Assembly (NCBI GenBank): GCA_036268995.1
Contig: DATATB010000090.1
Coordinates: 3,899 to 67,898, forward strand
Origin: Pirellulales bacterium
Lineage (GTDB): Bacteria > Planctomycetota > Planctomycetia > Pirellulales > PNKZ01
DNA length: 64,000 nt
Direction: 5' to 3'
The notes below the pieces were generated by a model that was not told where the DNA came from, did not search any database, and was given only the letters and a program-made list of their open reading frames with translations. Both the position numbers and the translations under genes were made by a program. Positions 16,454 to 28,530 of this stretch are shown here, piece by piece. The stretch's first letter is position 1. Every line of letters starts with the position of its first letter.

Positions 16454-18025
16454 CTAAGCCGGCTGGGCACCGGGGCGGCCGTCGAGGACCACGAATGATT
16501 GTCGATCGATCCGCGGCGCGCCCGGCCGGCTGACGTACTCCACCGTGCGGTAATGCGACTGCCACCGATCGGGCGTGACTTCGCACGCCACGTAACCGCG
16601 CTCGCGGTTGTAGAACTTCACGAACGGGTTCTCGGCCAGCACGCCGGCCGTGTCGCCTCCCGTGGGCTTGCCGTCGCCGCCGGAAGTGATGGACGTGCCG
16701 ACGAATTCGGTGCCCACCACCGGTGAGCGGCGATCGGCCGCGTTGACTTGCAAATCGTTGACCCAGTTGCTGTGAATGTCGCCGGTGAGCACGATCGGGT
16801 TGGCCACACGGCCCTCGGCCAGAAACTTAAGCACCCGCTGACGATTGGCCTCGTAGCCGGGCCATTGGTCCATGCTGTAGGCCACGATCTCGCCGGGCTT
16901 GCGATCCACGCGTGCCATCATTACTTGCTGCGCCAGCACGTTCCAACGGGCCGGCGATGCTTTCAGCGTGCGATACAGCCATTTTTCCTGCTCGTCGCCC
17001 AGCAGCGTGGCATGCGGATCGTACACGGCGTCGCACGGCGGCTTGTTGCCATCGCCGCAGGGCTGATCCGTGCGGTACTGCCGCGTATCGAGCATGGCAA
17101 ACGAAGCCAGCCGACCAAAGTTCTGCTGGCGATACATGCGCGCGTTGGGCCCTTGCGGAAGCTGGGCCTTGCGCAGCGGCATGTGCTCGTAATAGGCCTG
17201 GTACGCCCGGGCGCGGCGCGCGAGGTACTGGGCCGGATCGATGCCCGGCTCTTCCGACACCACGCCGGCGCAATTGTTGTCGAACTCGTGGTCGTCCCAG
17301 GTGACCATCCACGGCACCAGCGCATGAGCGGCCTGCAAGTGGGCGTCAGTTCGATATTGCGCGTAGCGCGTGCGATATTCGTCCAGCGACACGCACTCCG
17401 GCCCGACGTGCTTACGCACGGCCTTGGGCCGGGTTCCGTATTCGTAGATGTAGTCGCCCAGGTGGATGATCAGGTCCAGGTCTTCCCGGGCCATGTGTTC
17501 GTAAGCGGTGAAGTAGCCGTACTCATAATGCTGACACGAGGCAAAGGCGAAGCGCAGCCGCTTCGGCAGGCTGTCTGCCGGCGGGGCCGTGCGGGTGCGA
17601 CCCAGTGGGCTCGTTTCGCCCGCGGCCGTGAAGCGGTAGAAGTACCAACGATCCGGCTCCAAACCCGGCACTTCCACATGAATCGCATGCGCGGTTTCCG
17701 GCGTGGCCACCGCCGTGCCGCTGGCCACGACTTGGCTCATCTTCTCATCCCGCGCCACTTCCCAGCCGACCTCGACGCTTTCGGCCGGCATGCCGCCACC
17801 GGCCAGCGGATCGGGAGCCAAGCGCGTCCACAGCACAAAGCCATCCGGCGTCGGCTCGCCCGAGGCCACGCCGAGCTTGAAGGGATGATCCTTGAGCCGC
17901 AGCGCGCGGCGAACCACCGCATCGGCCGGCCGGCCCAACAGCGGCCAAGCCGCTAGCGCGCCGCCTGCGGCGAGAAAACCACGACGGGTCCAACTACGAG
18001 CGGCAACATGAAGCTTAAGCGGCAT
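16454..18025 (-). CDS. phoD: alkaline phosphatase D (PhoD-like), Tat-secreted
   Basis: Twin-arginine signal 'SWTRRGFLAAGGALAAWP'. PhoD N-domain 'GVASGEPTPDGFVLWTR' and metallophosphatase motifs 'IHLGDYIYE', 'WDDHEF' and 'LTGDIHS'. Confidence 0.85.
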   Translation of the reverse strand: MPLKLHVAARSWTRRGFLAAGGALAAWPLLGRPADAVVRRALRLKDHPFKLGVASGEPTPDGFVLWTRLAPDPLAGGGMPAESVEVGWEVARDEKMSQVVASGTAVATPETAHAIHVEVPGLEPDRWYFYRFTAAGETSPLGRTRTAPPADSLPKRLRFAFASCQHYEYGYFTAYEHMAREDLDLIIHLGDYIYEYGTRPKAVRKHVGPECVSLDEYRTRYAQYRTDAHLQAAHALVPWMVTWDDHEFDNNCAGVVSEEPGIDPAQYLARRARAYQAYYEHMPLRKAQLPQGPNARMYRQQNFGRLASFAMLDTRQYRTDQPCGDGNKPPCDAVYDPHATLLGDEQEKWLYRTLKASPARWNVLAQQVMMARVDRKPGEIVAYSMDQWPGYEANRQRVLKFLAEGRVANPIVLTGDIHSNWVNDLQVNAADRRSPVVGTEFVGTSITSGGDGKPTGGDTAGVLAENPFVKFYNRERGYVACEVTPDRWQSHYRTVEYVSRPGAPRIDRQSFVVLDGRPGAQPA

Positions 18026-18638
18026 GGCGAGGGTATCCGGCGGGATGCGAGGGGAACTTTGCCCACGTAGTCTAACGGCTGCGGCGGCCGTGTTTCAATG
18101 AAGCGATCAACGGTGGGGTGTGCGTCTGGCCGAATTCGCCGCGTTATTGCCGCTTGACGCAGATTGAGATCTGCAATTAGGCTTGCAACGATGACCATTC
18201 GCTACTTCGCAACTGGCGCCGTATTCGTGCCGATTCCGCTGGCGAGCGGTTATTTCGTGAAACCTGGACCTGGCACGGTGGTCATGTCGCTTCCGCCCAA
18301 CCCGACTGTACCCGCGGACGACGCGCACTGGGCGCAACTCGAAGACACGCTTCCGCCAAACGATGAATTGCTGGCCTCTGCATGCCGGCATCGCGCACCC
18401 CAGCAATGGTACGATGAGCAAACTGGCCCGTGCTGACGCGACGCAGCCTGTTAAAGTTACGCGGTCTCGGGCGAGTTTCGTGGAGGTGATTTGGGCGGGA
18501 ATTCGACGCCCGGTGGCCGCGCCGAATTGCGGTCGTCGCGCGCTAAGGTCAAATGCGGGAACTCTTTTAGAAGCCAGCGGCGGTTTTTCGCGCTTAACGG
18601 CGCCTAAATGCCCGGGTGGAACGTCCTGCATAGTCAAC

Positions 18639-19874
18639 TCAGTGGCTGATAGCTTGGTGCGGCGCCGTCAGGATGTTCATGTACGAATGGCCGCTGTCCT
18701 TTGATTCCCAAGCTCCGTTGATGTGGTCGGTGATTTTCAGGACATCCGTTTCCACCGTGCTTCGCCAAAGATTTGGGTTGTACGGCAGAACGCGCATGAG
18801 GTTGTCAACGTCGAATATTGGCCCGGTCCCTTCGGCCTTTACCAGGCAAACGGGCTTCATCAGTGCAATACGAATGCCAAGCTCAAAGAGGACGCTTGGA
18901 TTGTGGTCTGTCAGGTCAGCGATCACCAGTTCAGCTTGAATCAACTGGTTGATGATCGTGTGGTGGATCACGTCGCTCCCCTCACGCCTTGCAGTCTCGA
19001 CGGCGAACTGGGCGGCGTTCCCTGCTGGGGTAATCAGGCTTTTTAGCACTTCGTCAAAGAAGCCCCTGGGACGGGGCACCGCGCCCTTCTCGCTAAAGGG
19101 CATGATTACGAAGGCGGTCTTGTCAAACTTCCCCCGGGGCTGCCCAACGATGGTTATGTCGACTGAGTCTTGTTTGTCCTTTCCGCTGGATGGAGACGGG
19201 ACGCCGCCCAGTCCATCTGCAATTTGGAGGAATTCGCAATTCTTCTTGAACAAGTCGATGAATTCGTCGTGTTCCGAGGTGTCAAGGTTAAACTGGTTCA
19301 GCAACACGTTGCTTACGAACTCTCCCTCAGGCATCGCGCTGCTGCCGCCGTAGAACTCGAAGACCTTCTTGAACTTGTCGATCTTGAAGAACGCCTCGAT
19401 CTGCTTCGCGCGGCGAGAGACCGCATCGGGAGCGTAGACGATGGCTCGGCCGATGTCATCCAGAGCGATTTGGGCGGTGTCACGGCTCCCAATCGTCAAG
19501 CCGTAATCTCTAGCGGACGCGCACAGGTAATAGAATTTTGCGCCTTGCTTCGAGGCGCTCACCGCCTTTGCAATGAGTTCCGTGTCGCAAGGATTTCCGT
19601 TGGTTTTGTCTTTGATCGCTTGAGGAATTGAAAGCGCATCTTCGAGCGTATTCTGCGGAAATGGACGGCGGGACCTTTTACCCTTTTCACCCGATTCAGG
19701 CTCTTGGACATGCCCGGCCTGGACGGTCTCTCGCCGTCGCGATTTCGTCCTGCGGTTTTTTTTCCGCCTCGCTTTCGGGACCGTTTTTTTGCGCGGTGCC
19801 TCCTTGGCAGCGGATGCATCCTCTGGAGATTGCGTGCTCACGTCCCCGTCTGGGACCGTATTTTCTTTCGCCAT
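18639..19874 (-). CDS. hypothetical protein: Lys/Arg-rich N-tail + unknown helical domain + nucleoside 2-deoxyribosyltransferase/TIR-like Rossmannoid domain
   Basis: ATG at 19874 (the track TTG is at 19895). 'KKTVPKARRKKNRRTKSRRR' tail. The C-terminal 'AFVIMPFSEKG' ... 'LVIADLTDHNPSVLFELGIRIALMKPVCLV' resembles the NDT-fold 'xxAGPF ... D.GT.fElG.A.a.gKPv' pattern. Local GC is clearly below its neighbours. Confidence 0.6.
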   Translation of the reverse strand: MAKENTVPDGDVSTQSPEDASAAKEAPRKKTVPKARRKKNRRTKSRRRETVQAGHVQEPESGEKGKRSRRPFPQNTLEDALSIPQAIKDKTNGNPCDTELIAKAVSASKQGAKFYYLCASARDYGLTIGSRDTAQIALDDIGRAIVYAPDAVSRRAKQIEAFFKIDKFKKVFEFYGGSSAMPEGEFVSNVLLNQFNLDTSEHDEFIDLFKKNCEFLQIADGLGGVPSPSSGKDKQDSVDITIVGQPRGKFDKTAFVIMPFSEKGAVPRPRGFFDEVLKSLITPAGNAAQFAVETARREGSDVIHHTIINQLIQAELVIADLTDHNPSVLFELGIRIALMKPVCLVKAEGTGPIFDVDNLMRVLPYNPNLWRSTVETDVLKITDHINGAWESKDSGHSYMNILTAPHQAISH

Positions 19875-20255
19875 TGGTGCGCTTTCGTGATGCAAGCCAG
19901 GCCGAGGGTTGACCCCGTATTAAAAGGGGGCGACCGGGCGAATTGCAAGGCATGGGCAAGAAATGCCGGGGCATTGCCGTTCCGGCGCTGGGATGGCCGG
20001 GGAGGATTACTTTGCACCACAAGATCGACGTGACGACGAATGGACGTGGCAGTGGGCGAATCGAGGCGACGATTGATTGAAAAGATTTCCACGATTAGTC
20101 GACTCGATCAGATTCCAGCCCGACCTAAGGCTGACTTTTGCATTTCCTGGACTGCCGGCTCGCGGCGTGTTAAGAAAGACGCCGAGTGCCCACCCCCGCT
20201 GCGGCCGGCCGTGCTTCGATTGCGGCTGGCGCTTGCCGAACAAAGGATCTTGCTC

Positions 20256-21632
20256 ATGCCGTCTCGCCCTGCCAAGTCTGCTGCGTCGCGTGCTATTGGC
20301 CGTCGCCGTTTTCTCGCCCAATCAGCCGCCGCGGCCGGCGCCGTGCTCTCGGCCCCGGCGTTCGTGCGCGGTACGGATCTGAATAGCAAACTGAATATCG
20401 CCATCATCGGCGCGGGCGGACGCGGCGGCAGCAATCTCAAAAACGTGTCGTCGGAAAACATCGTCGCGTTGTGCGATGTCAACGCGACGGCGCTGGACCG
20501 GGCCGCGACGCTGTATCCGCAGGCCAGCAAGTTTGTCGACTTCCGCAAGCTGTACGATCAGCCCGGCAAGTTCGACGCGGTCGTCGTCAGCACGTGCGAG
20601 CACACGCACGCGTTCGCCACGCTGCCCGCCCTGCAATTGGGCAAGCACGTGTATTGCGAAAAGCCGTTGACGTACAACATTGCCGAAGCCCGCATCATCC
20701 GCGAGGCGGCCGCCAAAGCCCGCGTGGCCACGCAGATGGGCATCCAGATGCACGCCAGCGAGAACTATCGCCGCGTGGTCGAAAAGATTCAGGCCGGGGC
20801 CGTCGGCCCGGTGCACGAAGTCCACGTGTGGGTATCGCGGGCCTGGGGCTGGCAGCCCTCGGAAGAAGAAGCCAAGAAAAACAAAGACATTGTCTTCACC
20901 AACGAGCGGCCGCGCGAGACCTCGCCGATGCCGGCCGGGCTGGATTGGGAGTTGTGGCTGGGGCCGGCGCCTTACCGGCCCTTCAACAACGTTTATTTCC
21001 CCGGGCCGAAATGGTATCGCTGGTGGGATTTCGGCAATGGCACGATGTCGGACCTCGGCAGCCATTGGAACGATTTGCCGTTCTGGGCTTTGAAGCTTCG
21101 GGCACCGCTCACGGTCGAGGCCTCCGGCCCGCCGCCGCATCCCGACATTGCCCCGGCCTCGATGCAGGCCACGTACGAGTACGGTGCCCGCGGTGAGATG
21201 CCGCCGGTGCGCTTGACGTGGTACCAGGGAACCGAGAAGCCGGCCTTGTGGCGCGAAGGCAAGATCCCGAACTGGGGCAATGGCGTGCTGTTCATCGGCG
21301 CCAAGGGGATGCTGCTCTCCGATTATTCGAAGCACGTCCTGCTGCCGGAACAGGAATTTGCCGACTACAAGCTGCCGGCCGGCACAATCCAGATTCCGCC
21401 GTCGCCGGGAGCCCACGCGGAGTGGATCGCTGCCTGCAAGACCGGCAGCAAGACGATGGCCGACTTCGAATATTCCGGCTGGCTGACCGAAGCGAATCAC
21501 TTGGGCAACGTGGCCTATCGCGCCGGCAAGAAGCTCGAGTGGGACCCGGTCGCCTTGAAAGCCACGAACTGCCCCGAGGCCGAGCCGTTCATCCGCCGCG
21601 CGTATCGCGAAGGCTGGCGCTTGAATTCTTAA
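20256..21632 (+). CDS. Gfo/Idh/MocA family oxidoreductase, Tat signal
   Basis: ATG at 20256. '[21 protein letters not shown]', a Rossmann motif '[15 protein letters not shown]', and 'EKPL' in the catalytic region. Confidence 0.85.
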   Translation: MPSRPAKSAASRAIGRRRFLAQSAAAAGAVLSAPAFVRGTDLNSKLNIAIIGAGGRGGSNLKNVSSENIVALCDVNATALDRAATLYPQASKFVDFRKLYDQPGKFDAVVVSTCEHTHAFATLPALQLGKHVYCEKPLTYNIAEARIIREAAAKARVATQMGIQMHASENYRRVVEKIQAGAVGPVHEVHVWVSRAWGWQPSEEEAKKNKDIVFTNERPRETSPMPAGLDWELWLGPAPYRPFNNVYFPGPKWYRWWDFGNGTMSDLGSHWNDLPFWALKLRAPLTVEASGPPPHPDIAPASMQATYEYGARGEMPPVRLTWYQGTEKPALWREGKIPNWGNGVLFIGAKGMLLSDYSKHVLLPEQEFADYKLPAGTIQIPPSPGAHAEWIAACKTGSKTMADFEYSGWLTEANHLGNVAYRAGKKLEWDPVALKATNCPEAEPFIRRAYREGWRLNS

Positions 21633-21667
21633 GGATCGACCGCGGATCCCAAACAGAACGGAAGGCA

Positions 21668-21834
21668 TTTGAACAGAAGATCGCAAAGAGCGCGAAGAAA
21701 GAAAAGGAAGGAGGAGAGGAAGGAAGGTCAGACCCCTTGACCTTCCACCAGCCGCATTGTTCGGACCTCTTCTTCTTAGCGTTCTTCGCGGCCTTCCCTT
21801 GGGCCTGAGGCTCAGGGCTCCAAGGCTGTTCAAT
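21668..21834. repeat. family-4 long palindrome (TTGAACAGAAG..CGCGAAG..), degenerate copy carrying a nested ~29-nt palindromic insert
   Basis: Left arm at 21668-21703. The right arm at 21776-21833 is interrupted by 21797-21825. Central 9-bp hairpin GGAAGGTCA/TGACCTTCC at 21722-21746. Confidence 0.7.
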
Positions 21835-21867
21835 CCGATTTAGATCAATGCGTGGGAGCACTCGGTC

Positions 21868-22584
21868 ATGGCTCGTATCGCCACTCTATTAATGTTGTTG
21901 TCGTTGCTCGATGCGGCGAAAGCTGCCGAGCAAGAGTCGCTGCCCAAGGCCACGATCGACGGCAGCGGGCCGGATTGGAAGCCGCTGGGCGAGGCCGACT
22001 TCGTCAACGTCAACGGGGATGCCGATACCTGGACCTGGAACGGCGGCGCCGTGCACTGCACTGGCAAGCCGGTGGGCGTGACCCGCTCGCGCAAGCCCTA
22101 CACCAATTTCGAGCTCGTGGCCCAATGGCGGCACACAAGCTCCGGCGGCAACTCCGGCATCTTCGTCTGGGCCACCGAAGAAGCGCTCAGCGGCCTGCCG
22201 CCGGGCAAGCTGCCGCCCGGCGGAATCGAAGTACAAATACTCGACCACGGCTATGCCGAGCAGTACGAGCGCCGCACGGGCAAGAAGCCGGATTGGTTCA
22301 CGACCAACGGCGACGTGTTTCCGGTCGGCAAGTCGCAGATGACGCCTTTTGAGCCCGTCTCGCCGAAAGGCAAGCGCAGCTTCCCGCGCAAGCAGCTCAG
22401 CAAAGGCGTCAACGAGTGGAACCACTACTACGTGCGGGCCATCAACGGCGAAATCCGCCTGTGGGTCAACGGCGAAGAAGTTTCCGGCGGCAACAACTGC
22501 CGGCCGGCCAGCGGCTATCTCTGCCTCGAATCGGAAGGCGCACCGGTCGACTTCCGCGACCTCCGCATCCGCGAGCTACCGTAA
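21868..22584 (+). CDS. DUF1080 (3-keto-disaccharide hydrolase-like) domain protein
   Basis: Signal peptide. 'W......W....G.....G......T...Y.NFEL..QWR....GNSGIF', ending 'GYLCLESEGAPVDFRDLRIRELP', which is the typical DUF1080 C-terminus. Confidence 0.8.
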   Translation: MARIATLLMLLSLLDAAKAAEQESLPKATIDGSGPDWKPLGEADFVNVNGDADTWTWNGGAVHCTGKPVGVTRSRKPYTNFELVAQWRHTSSGGNSGIFVWATEEALSGLPPGKLPPGGIEVQILDHGYAEQYERRTGKKPDWFTTNGDVFPVGKSQMTPFEPVSPKGKRSFPRKQLSKGVNEWNHYYVRAINGEIRLWVNGEEVSGGNNCRPASGYLCLESEGAPVDFRDLRIRELP

Positions 22585-22617
22585 GAATTACGCCGTTTTG
22601 AATCGAAGAACAGACAA

Positions 22618-22752
22618 TTTGAACAGAAGGCCGCGAAGGACGCTAAGAAAGAAGCGGAAGAGAGATCTCGATCGTACGGATGCGCGTTCCGTTGGGGAAA
22701 GTCACATTGCTTTCTTGGTCTTCCTTAGCGTCCTTCGCGGCCTTCTGTTCAA
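22618..22752. repeat. family-4 long palindrome, intact copy (29-bp perfect arms)
   Basis: TTGAACAGAAGGCCGCGAAGGACGCTAAG at 22619-22647 is exactly complementary to 22724-22752. Lies between convergent genes. Confidence 0.85.
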
Positions 22753-22765
22753 TGGCTTCGTATTC

Positions 22766-23194
22766 CTAGTCGCGCGGTAGCCCGGCTAGCGTCACGGGCC
22801 AGAAGTACGGCAGGTTGTCCGGTTCTTTCCAGCCGAATTGCAAATACCATTCCGGCTTTTTCCGCAACAGGTTCGAGCGGTGCGATGCGTGGAACTTGCG
22901 CGAGCCGAGCCACGAAGGCCGCTGAGAGCCACGCCTTGAAGTGGTCAGGCGGCCCAGCTTGATGTTGCGGTAGCCGCGACGCTCCCATTCCGCCAGACAG
23001 GCATTGTAGTATTCGGTCAAGGCGGCCGGATGCTCGCGCCACATCAGCACGGCCGGATGGTTGCGCCAGGCCGACATGAGGCCCTGGTTGCAATTCAGAA
23101 TCTGCATCGCCTCGACCCGTTGCTTGCCCAGCCGCTGGTTATCCAGGCAGCGGAGCGAACGCTCGAAGCTGGGGTAGGGTAAAAAGGTCTGCAT
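22766..23194 (-). CDS. pyrimidine-dimer DNA glycosylase-like (Pyr_excise / MSMEG_6728-type) protein
   Basis: ATG at 23194. The 'MQTFLPYPSFERSLRCLDNQRLGKQRVEAMQIL...NHPAVLMW' N-terminus is typical of that family. Confidence 0.6.
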   Translation of the reverse strand: MQTFLPYPSFERSLRCLDNQRLGKQRVEAMQILNCNQGLMSAWRNHPAVLMWREHPAALTEYYNACLAEWERRGYRNIKLGRLTTSRRGSQRPSWLGSRKFHASHRSNLLRKKPEWYLQFGWKEPDNLPYFWPVTLAGLPRD

Positions 23195-23253
23195 GATCCT
23201 ACAATGATCGGCTGGCAGGCTCGGATTCACGATTTGTGCGGGAGGGGACGCTC

Positions 23254-24142
23254 ATGCGATTGGCCATCACCGGGGCCACGGGGTTTCTAGGTCATTATAT
23301 GGTGTCGCACCTGGCCGGCGCGGGCCATCGCTGCCGCTGCTGGTATCGGCCGGATAGCGACCGTGGCGGGCTGGATAGCGAACTGATCGAATGGCTGCCA
23401 GGCGACCTGGGCCAGGCCGATTCGATCGCGCCGCTGGTTGCCGGCTGCGACGCGGTGGTACACGCGGCCCTGTATCATCCGGGCGGCGGCTTTCGCGGCG
23501 GCGAAGGCGACCTGCTCGACTTCGTCGACACCAACGTGCTGGGCACGCTACGGCTGATCGAAGCGGCGCGCAAAGCCAAGGTCGGCCGCTTCATCTTCAT
23601 CTCCAGTTGCGCGGTCCACGAAAAAATCCTGTCCGATCGACCGCTGGACGAAACGCATCCCACCTGGAGCACCAGCCACTACGGGGCACACAAGGCGGCC
23701 ATCGAGCAGTTCGTGCACAGCTACGGCTATGGCCAGGGCTATGCGATTTGTGCCCTGCGGCCGACCGGAATTTATGGCGTCGCACGACCGGTCGAAGACA
23801 GCAAGTGGTTCGAGCTGGTGCAAACCGTCGCCGCCGGCCAGAGCGTCGAGTGCCGCCGCGGGGGCAAGGAAGTCCACGCCGTCGACGTGGCCCGGGCAAC
23901 GGAGATCTTGCTGACGGCTCCGGGCATCGCCGGCGAAGCGTACGATTGCTACGACCACTATATCTCTGAGTTCGAAGTGGCCACGCTCGCGCGTCAGATC
24001 AGCGGCAGCACCAGCCGGATCATCGGCGAGCCGCCCAAGCCCAAGCACGAAATCATCACTGCCAAGCTCCAAGCCCTCGGCATGCGCTTCGGCGGCCAGG
24101 AGCGATTGGAAGCGACGGTGCGGGAGCTGGTCGGAGAATGCG

Positions 24143-24162
<20 letters not shown>
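23254..24162 (+). CDS. NAD-dependent epimerase/dehydratase family protein
   Basis: 'MRLAITGATGFLGHYMV' Rossmann motif after GGGAGGGG. 'YGAHK' catalytic YxxxK. Confidence 0.8.
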
Positions 24163-25980
<1,818 letters not shown>

Positions 25981-25984
<4 letters not shown>

Positions 25985-26547
25985 CGGCCGCTCCGCTGGG
26001 CCTCGCCGATCGCCTCGCGGATGCGCGCAAACGGCTCCGAAAGGTCCCAGCGAGCCGCCAGCGGTTCCAACTGCGCCACCACGGCCGCCTGCTCGCCTGC
26101 GTAGTCGGCATCGAGCGCCAGCCGATGCCGGCCCAAGCCGAAACTCACCAGCCGCGGCCCGCGCGGGTGCGCCGCATCTACGCGCAGTTGAGGAACGGGC
26201 CCAGTAGCCGCCGCGCTCTCGGCCGCTTCAATCAATACAACCGGAACATCCACGTGTCCGCGCATTGCTAGCATGGGTCCGCTATCAATGCACGCTAGCA
26301 CCGGGCGCTGCCGCGCGGCGGCAAACAGCGTCTGGCCGATTTGCTCGCCGTAGAGATAGCTCGTCAGCGTGGGACCGAAGAGAATCTCTTGCGCTCGATT
26401 GGTTTTCACCGGAGCCGTGCAATGGAACTCCAGCGGCCGGCCCCGGGTATCGAGCACCAGGAAGCCACCGAACAGTCCATGCGGCTCGTGCTCGACGACG
26501 GTCAGAAAGCCAACGGCAAGCGGCGCGGTCTCGGCCCGACCCCCCAT
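25981..26547 (-). CDS. hypothetical protein, translationally coupled to the SNF2 helicase
   Basis: ATG at 26547 directly after GGAGGGG. Its stop overlaps the helicase start (ATGA at 25981-25984). Balanced composition ('FLTVVEHEPHGLFGGFLVLDTRGRPLEFHCTAPVK..'). No family recognised. Confidence 0.6.
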
Positions 26548-27038
26548 GACCCCTCCGTTCAAAGCGAACCGGCCTCAAAAGTTGCAGACACACAAGCTGC
26601 TGTGTGCCGTCGTCAAAGCTGGGCCGATTCCTAGGTGCTAGCTGCTATCGGCAACGATGCTGGCAAGCGATTTGCAAGCTGGCCAGGCGCGAAGGGACAC
26701 CGGCAGATAGATCGGGCCGCGAGTGGAAATGACTTTACTTCGCTTTTCCGCCGCGACTTAGTCGCGGTGCTTGCACCGCGATTTGCCGGCACATTTTGAA
26801 AGTTGGCGCAAACTACTCGCATTGGCCGACAGCGGCATTTATACTGTGAATTCCTCGCCACGACCGGCCGCTGGTCGCCAGCGTTTTTTCGAGGGGCTGA
26901 CAACTGAAGCTTCCACAGGGGAAGCTTGCACGGGCAAGAAAACGGCCGGCGACTGCCGCATTCTGAGGGAAACGTCCCCTCGGAAGGCCACACTGGCAAC
27001 CGGCACGCAATAGTAACCAGCAAGCAAAGGGCGAATGC

Positions 27039-27494
27039 ATGCAGGATCGGCAACCCACTGCACCGCTGTTTCCGCCAGTGAATGTGACCACCGGCACGGC
27101 CCCAGCGCCCGCGCCCGGCAACGAGCGCGGGGAGACCGAACATACGCGCCTGCTACGCGAGATTCTGTCGGCTCAGGACCGGCAGAACGAGCTGCTGGAA
27201 GAGCTGGTATCGCAACTTGGATCGGTGCAACGGCAGCGCAACCAGGAGCTGGCCCAGTGGAAGGCGGCCAACCCGGCGCTGGCCGCCAGTTGCCGGCAGG
27301 CGGCCGAAGCCTTGAGTCGCGTGCAAACGTCGTTTCTGCTGACGCTCACTGACGAAGTCAACGCCAATGCCGAAGGCTTGGCCGAAGGCGAATTTCTGTT
27401 GAGCGAATTCGTCGACCGTTTTGGTCCCCGACTGGCCCATCTGAATGGCGTGCTGCAAGTGCTGGCGCAGTTGAGCGCCCAGAGCACGCCTTAG
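27039..27494 (+). CDS. hypothetical coiled-coil protein
   Basis: 151 aa. Heptad-like 'LLREILSAQDRQNELLEELVSQLGSVQRQRNQELAQW'. No family recognised. Confidence 0.5.
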   Translation: MQDRQPTAPLFPPVNVTTGTAPAPAPGNERGETEHTRLLREILSAQDRQNELLEELVSQLGSVQRQRNQELAQWKAANPALAASCRQAAEALSRVQTSFLLTLTDEVNANAEGLAEGEFLLSEFVDRFGPRLAHLNGVLQVLAQLSAQSTP

Positions 27495-27539
27495 GCCGCA
27501 CCAGGTCCGCTGGAGTTGCAGGCTCGCGCGAGGTTGTCC

Positions 27540-28415
27540 ATGCCGCTGGAACTGGTCGAGGCCGCCATGCCCGACGGTCTGCGGCTGCACGGCGCCCTGC
27601 ACACGCCCGGCCAATCCGCGCCAACTGCCCCATCGACAGCCGTTCTACTGCTACACGGCACGGGCAGCAATTTCTACAGTTCGTCGCTCTGGGCCGGGCT
27701 GATTCCGCGCATGCTCGAGTGGGGCCTGGCGGCGTTGGCCGTCAACACGCGCGGGCACGACGGCGTCAGCTCATGCCGCGGCTTGCCCAGCCAGCGGTTC
27801 ATCGGTTCGGCGTACGAGCAAGTCGATCAGTGCCGGCTCGACGTGGCCGGCTGGCTCGATTGGCTCCTCGGCCGAGGATTCGAACGCGTGGTCCTCGTCG
27901 GGCACAGCCTGGGAGCCGTGAAGGCACTGTTTAGTCTGGCCGAAGCCAGCCATCCGGCAGTCGCCTCCACGGTGGCGCTTTCGCCGCCGCGTTTAAGCCA
28001 CGAGCAATTCACGGCCGGCCCGCGCGGGCCCGGCTTTTTGGAGGAATATGCCCGGATGGCGGCGATTGTGAATTCGGGCGCGGGCGACACGCTGGTCGAA
28101 GTGCGTTTTCCGCTGCCGTACCTCGTGACGGCTGCCGGCTACGTGGACAAATACGGTCCCGCCGCGCGCTACGACCTTACTAAGTTGATCGAGCACATTG
28201 CTTGCCCGCTGCTGATTACCTACGGCACGGTGGAAGTGCAGCAAGGCATGGCCTTTCGTGGCGTGCCCGAGGCCTTGGCTCAATTGCCCGGCTATGGCCA
28301 GCGCTTTGCGGTGCAACTCGTGGCCGGCGCCGATCACATCTACTCCGGCTGCCACGGCGAGCTGGCCGCCCGGCTCGAGAAGTGGCTCACAGCGGTCCTT
28401 GGCCAGGCGCGGTAG
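27540..28415 (+). CDS. alpha/beta hydrolase
   Basis: 'VLLLHGTGSNFYSS' and nucleophile elbow 'LVGHSLGA'. ATG at 27540 (the track TTG is at 27516). The stop TAG lies inside the GTAG of the following REP unit. Confidence 0.75.
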   Translation: MPLELVEAAMPDGLRLHGALHTPGQSAPTAPSTAVLLLHGTGSNFYSSSLWAGLIPRMLEWGLAALAVNTRGHDGVSSCRGLPSQRFIGSAYEQVDQCRLDVAGWLDWLLGRGFERVVLVGHSLGAVKALFSLAEASHPAVASTVALSPPRLSHEQFTAGPRGPGFLEEYARMAAIVNSGAGDTLVEVRFPLPYLVTAAGYVDKYGPAARYDLTKLIEHIACPLLITYGTVEVQQGMAFRGVPEALAQLPGYGQRFAVQLVAGADHIYSGCHGELAARLEKWLTAVLGQAR

Positions 28416-28530
28416 CGGAATCCGTGAGGATTCCGAAGCTCGCGCGCAGCGGGCCGGAAGTCTCACGACTGTCGTGAGGCTTCCGACGGACCTTTCTACG
28501 AGCTTCGGAATTCTCACGTTCTTCCGCTAC
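28412..28530. repeat. REP family-1 extended doublet with central 14-bp-stem hairpin
   Basis: Forward unit at 28412-28436, central hairpin at 28455-28485, reverse unit at 28505-28530. Flanking GAAGCTCG/CGAGCTTC extends the inverted repeat. Confidence 0.85.

Noticed and set aside
18107-18637. 176-aa minus-strand ORF beside the low-GC islet gene
   Set aside because: The composition is Arg-rich and implausible, with no motif. The opposite-strand 82-aa ORF (18191-18436) is slightly more protein-like but also unsupported, so neither is reported as a feature.
27870-27900. tRNA T-arm-like string GGATTCGAAC
   Set aside because: It lies inside the alpha/beta-hydrolase CDS (encoding 'GRGFERVV'), and no acceptor or anticodon arms can be built around it. 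I saw no tRNA elsewhere in the window.
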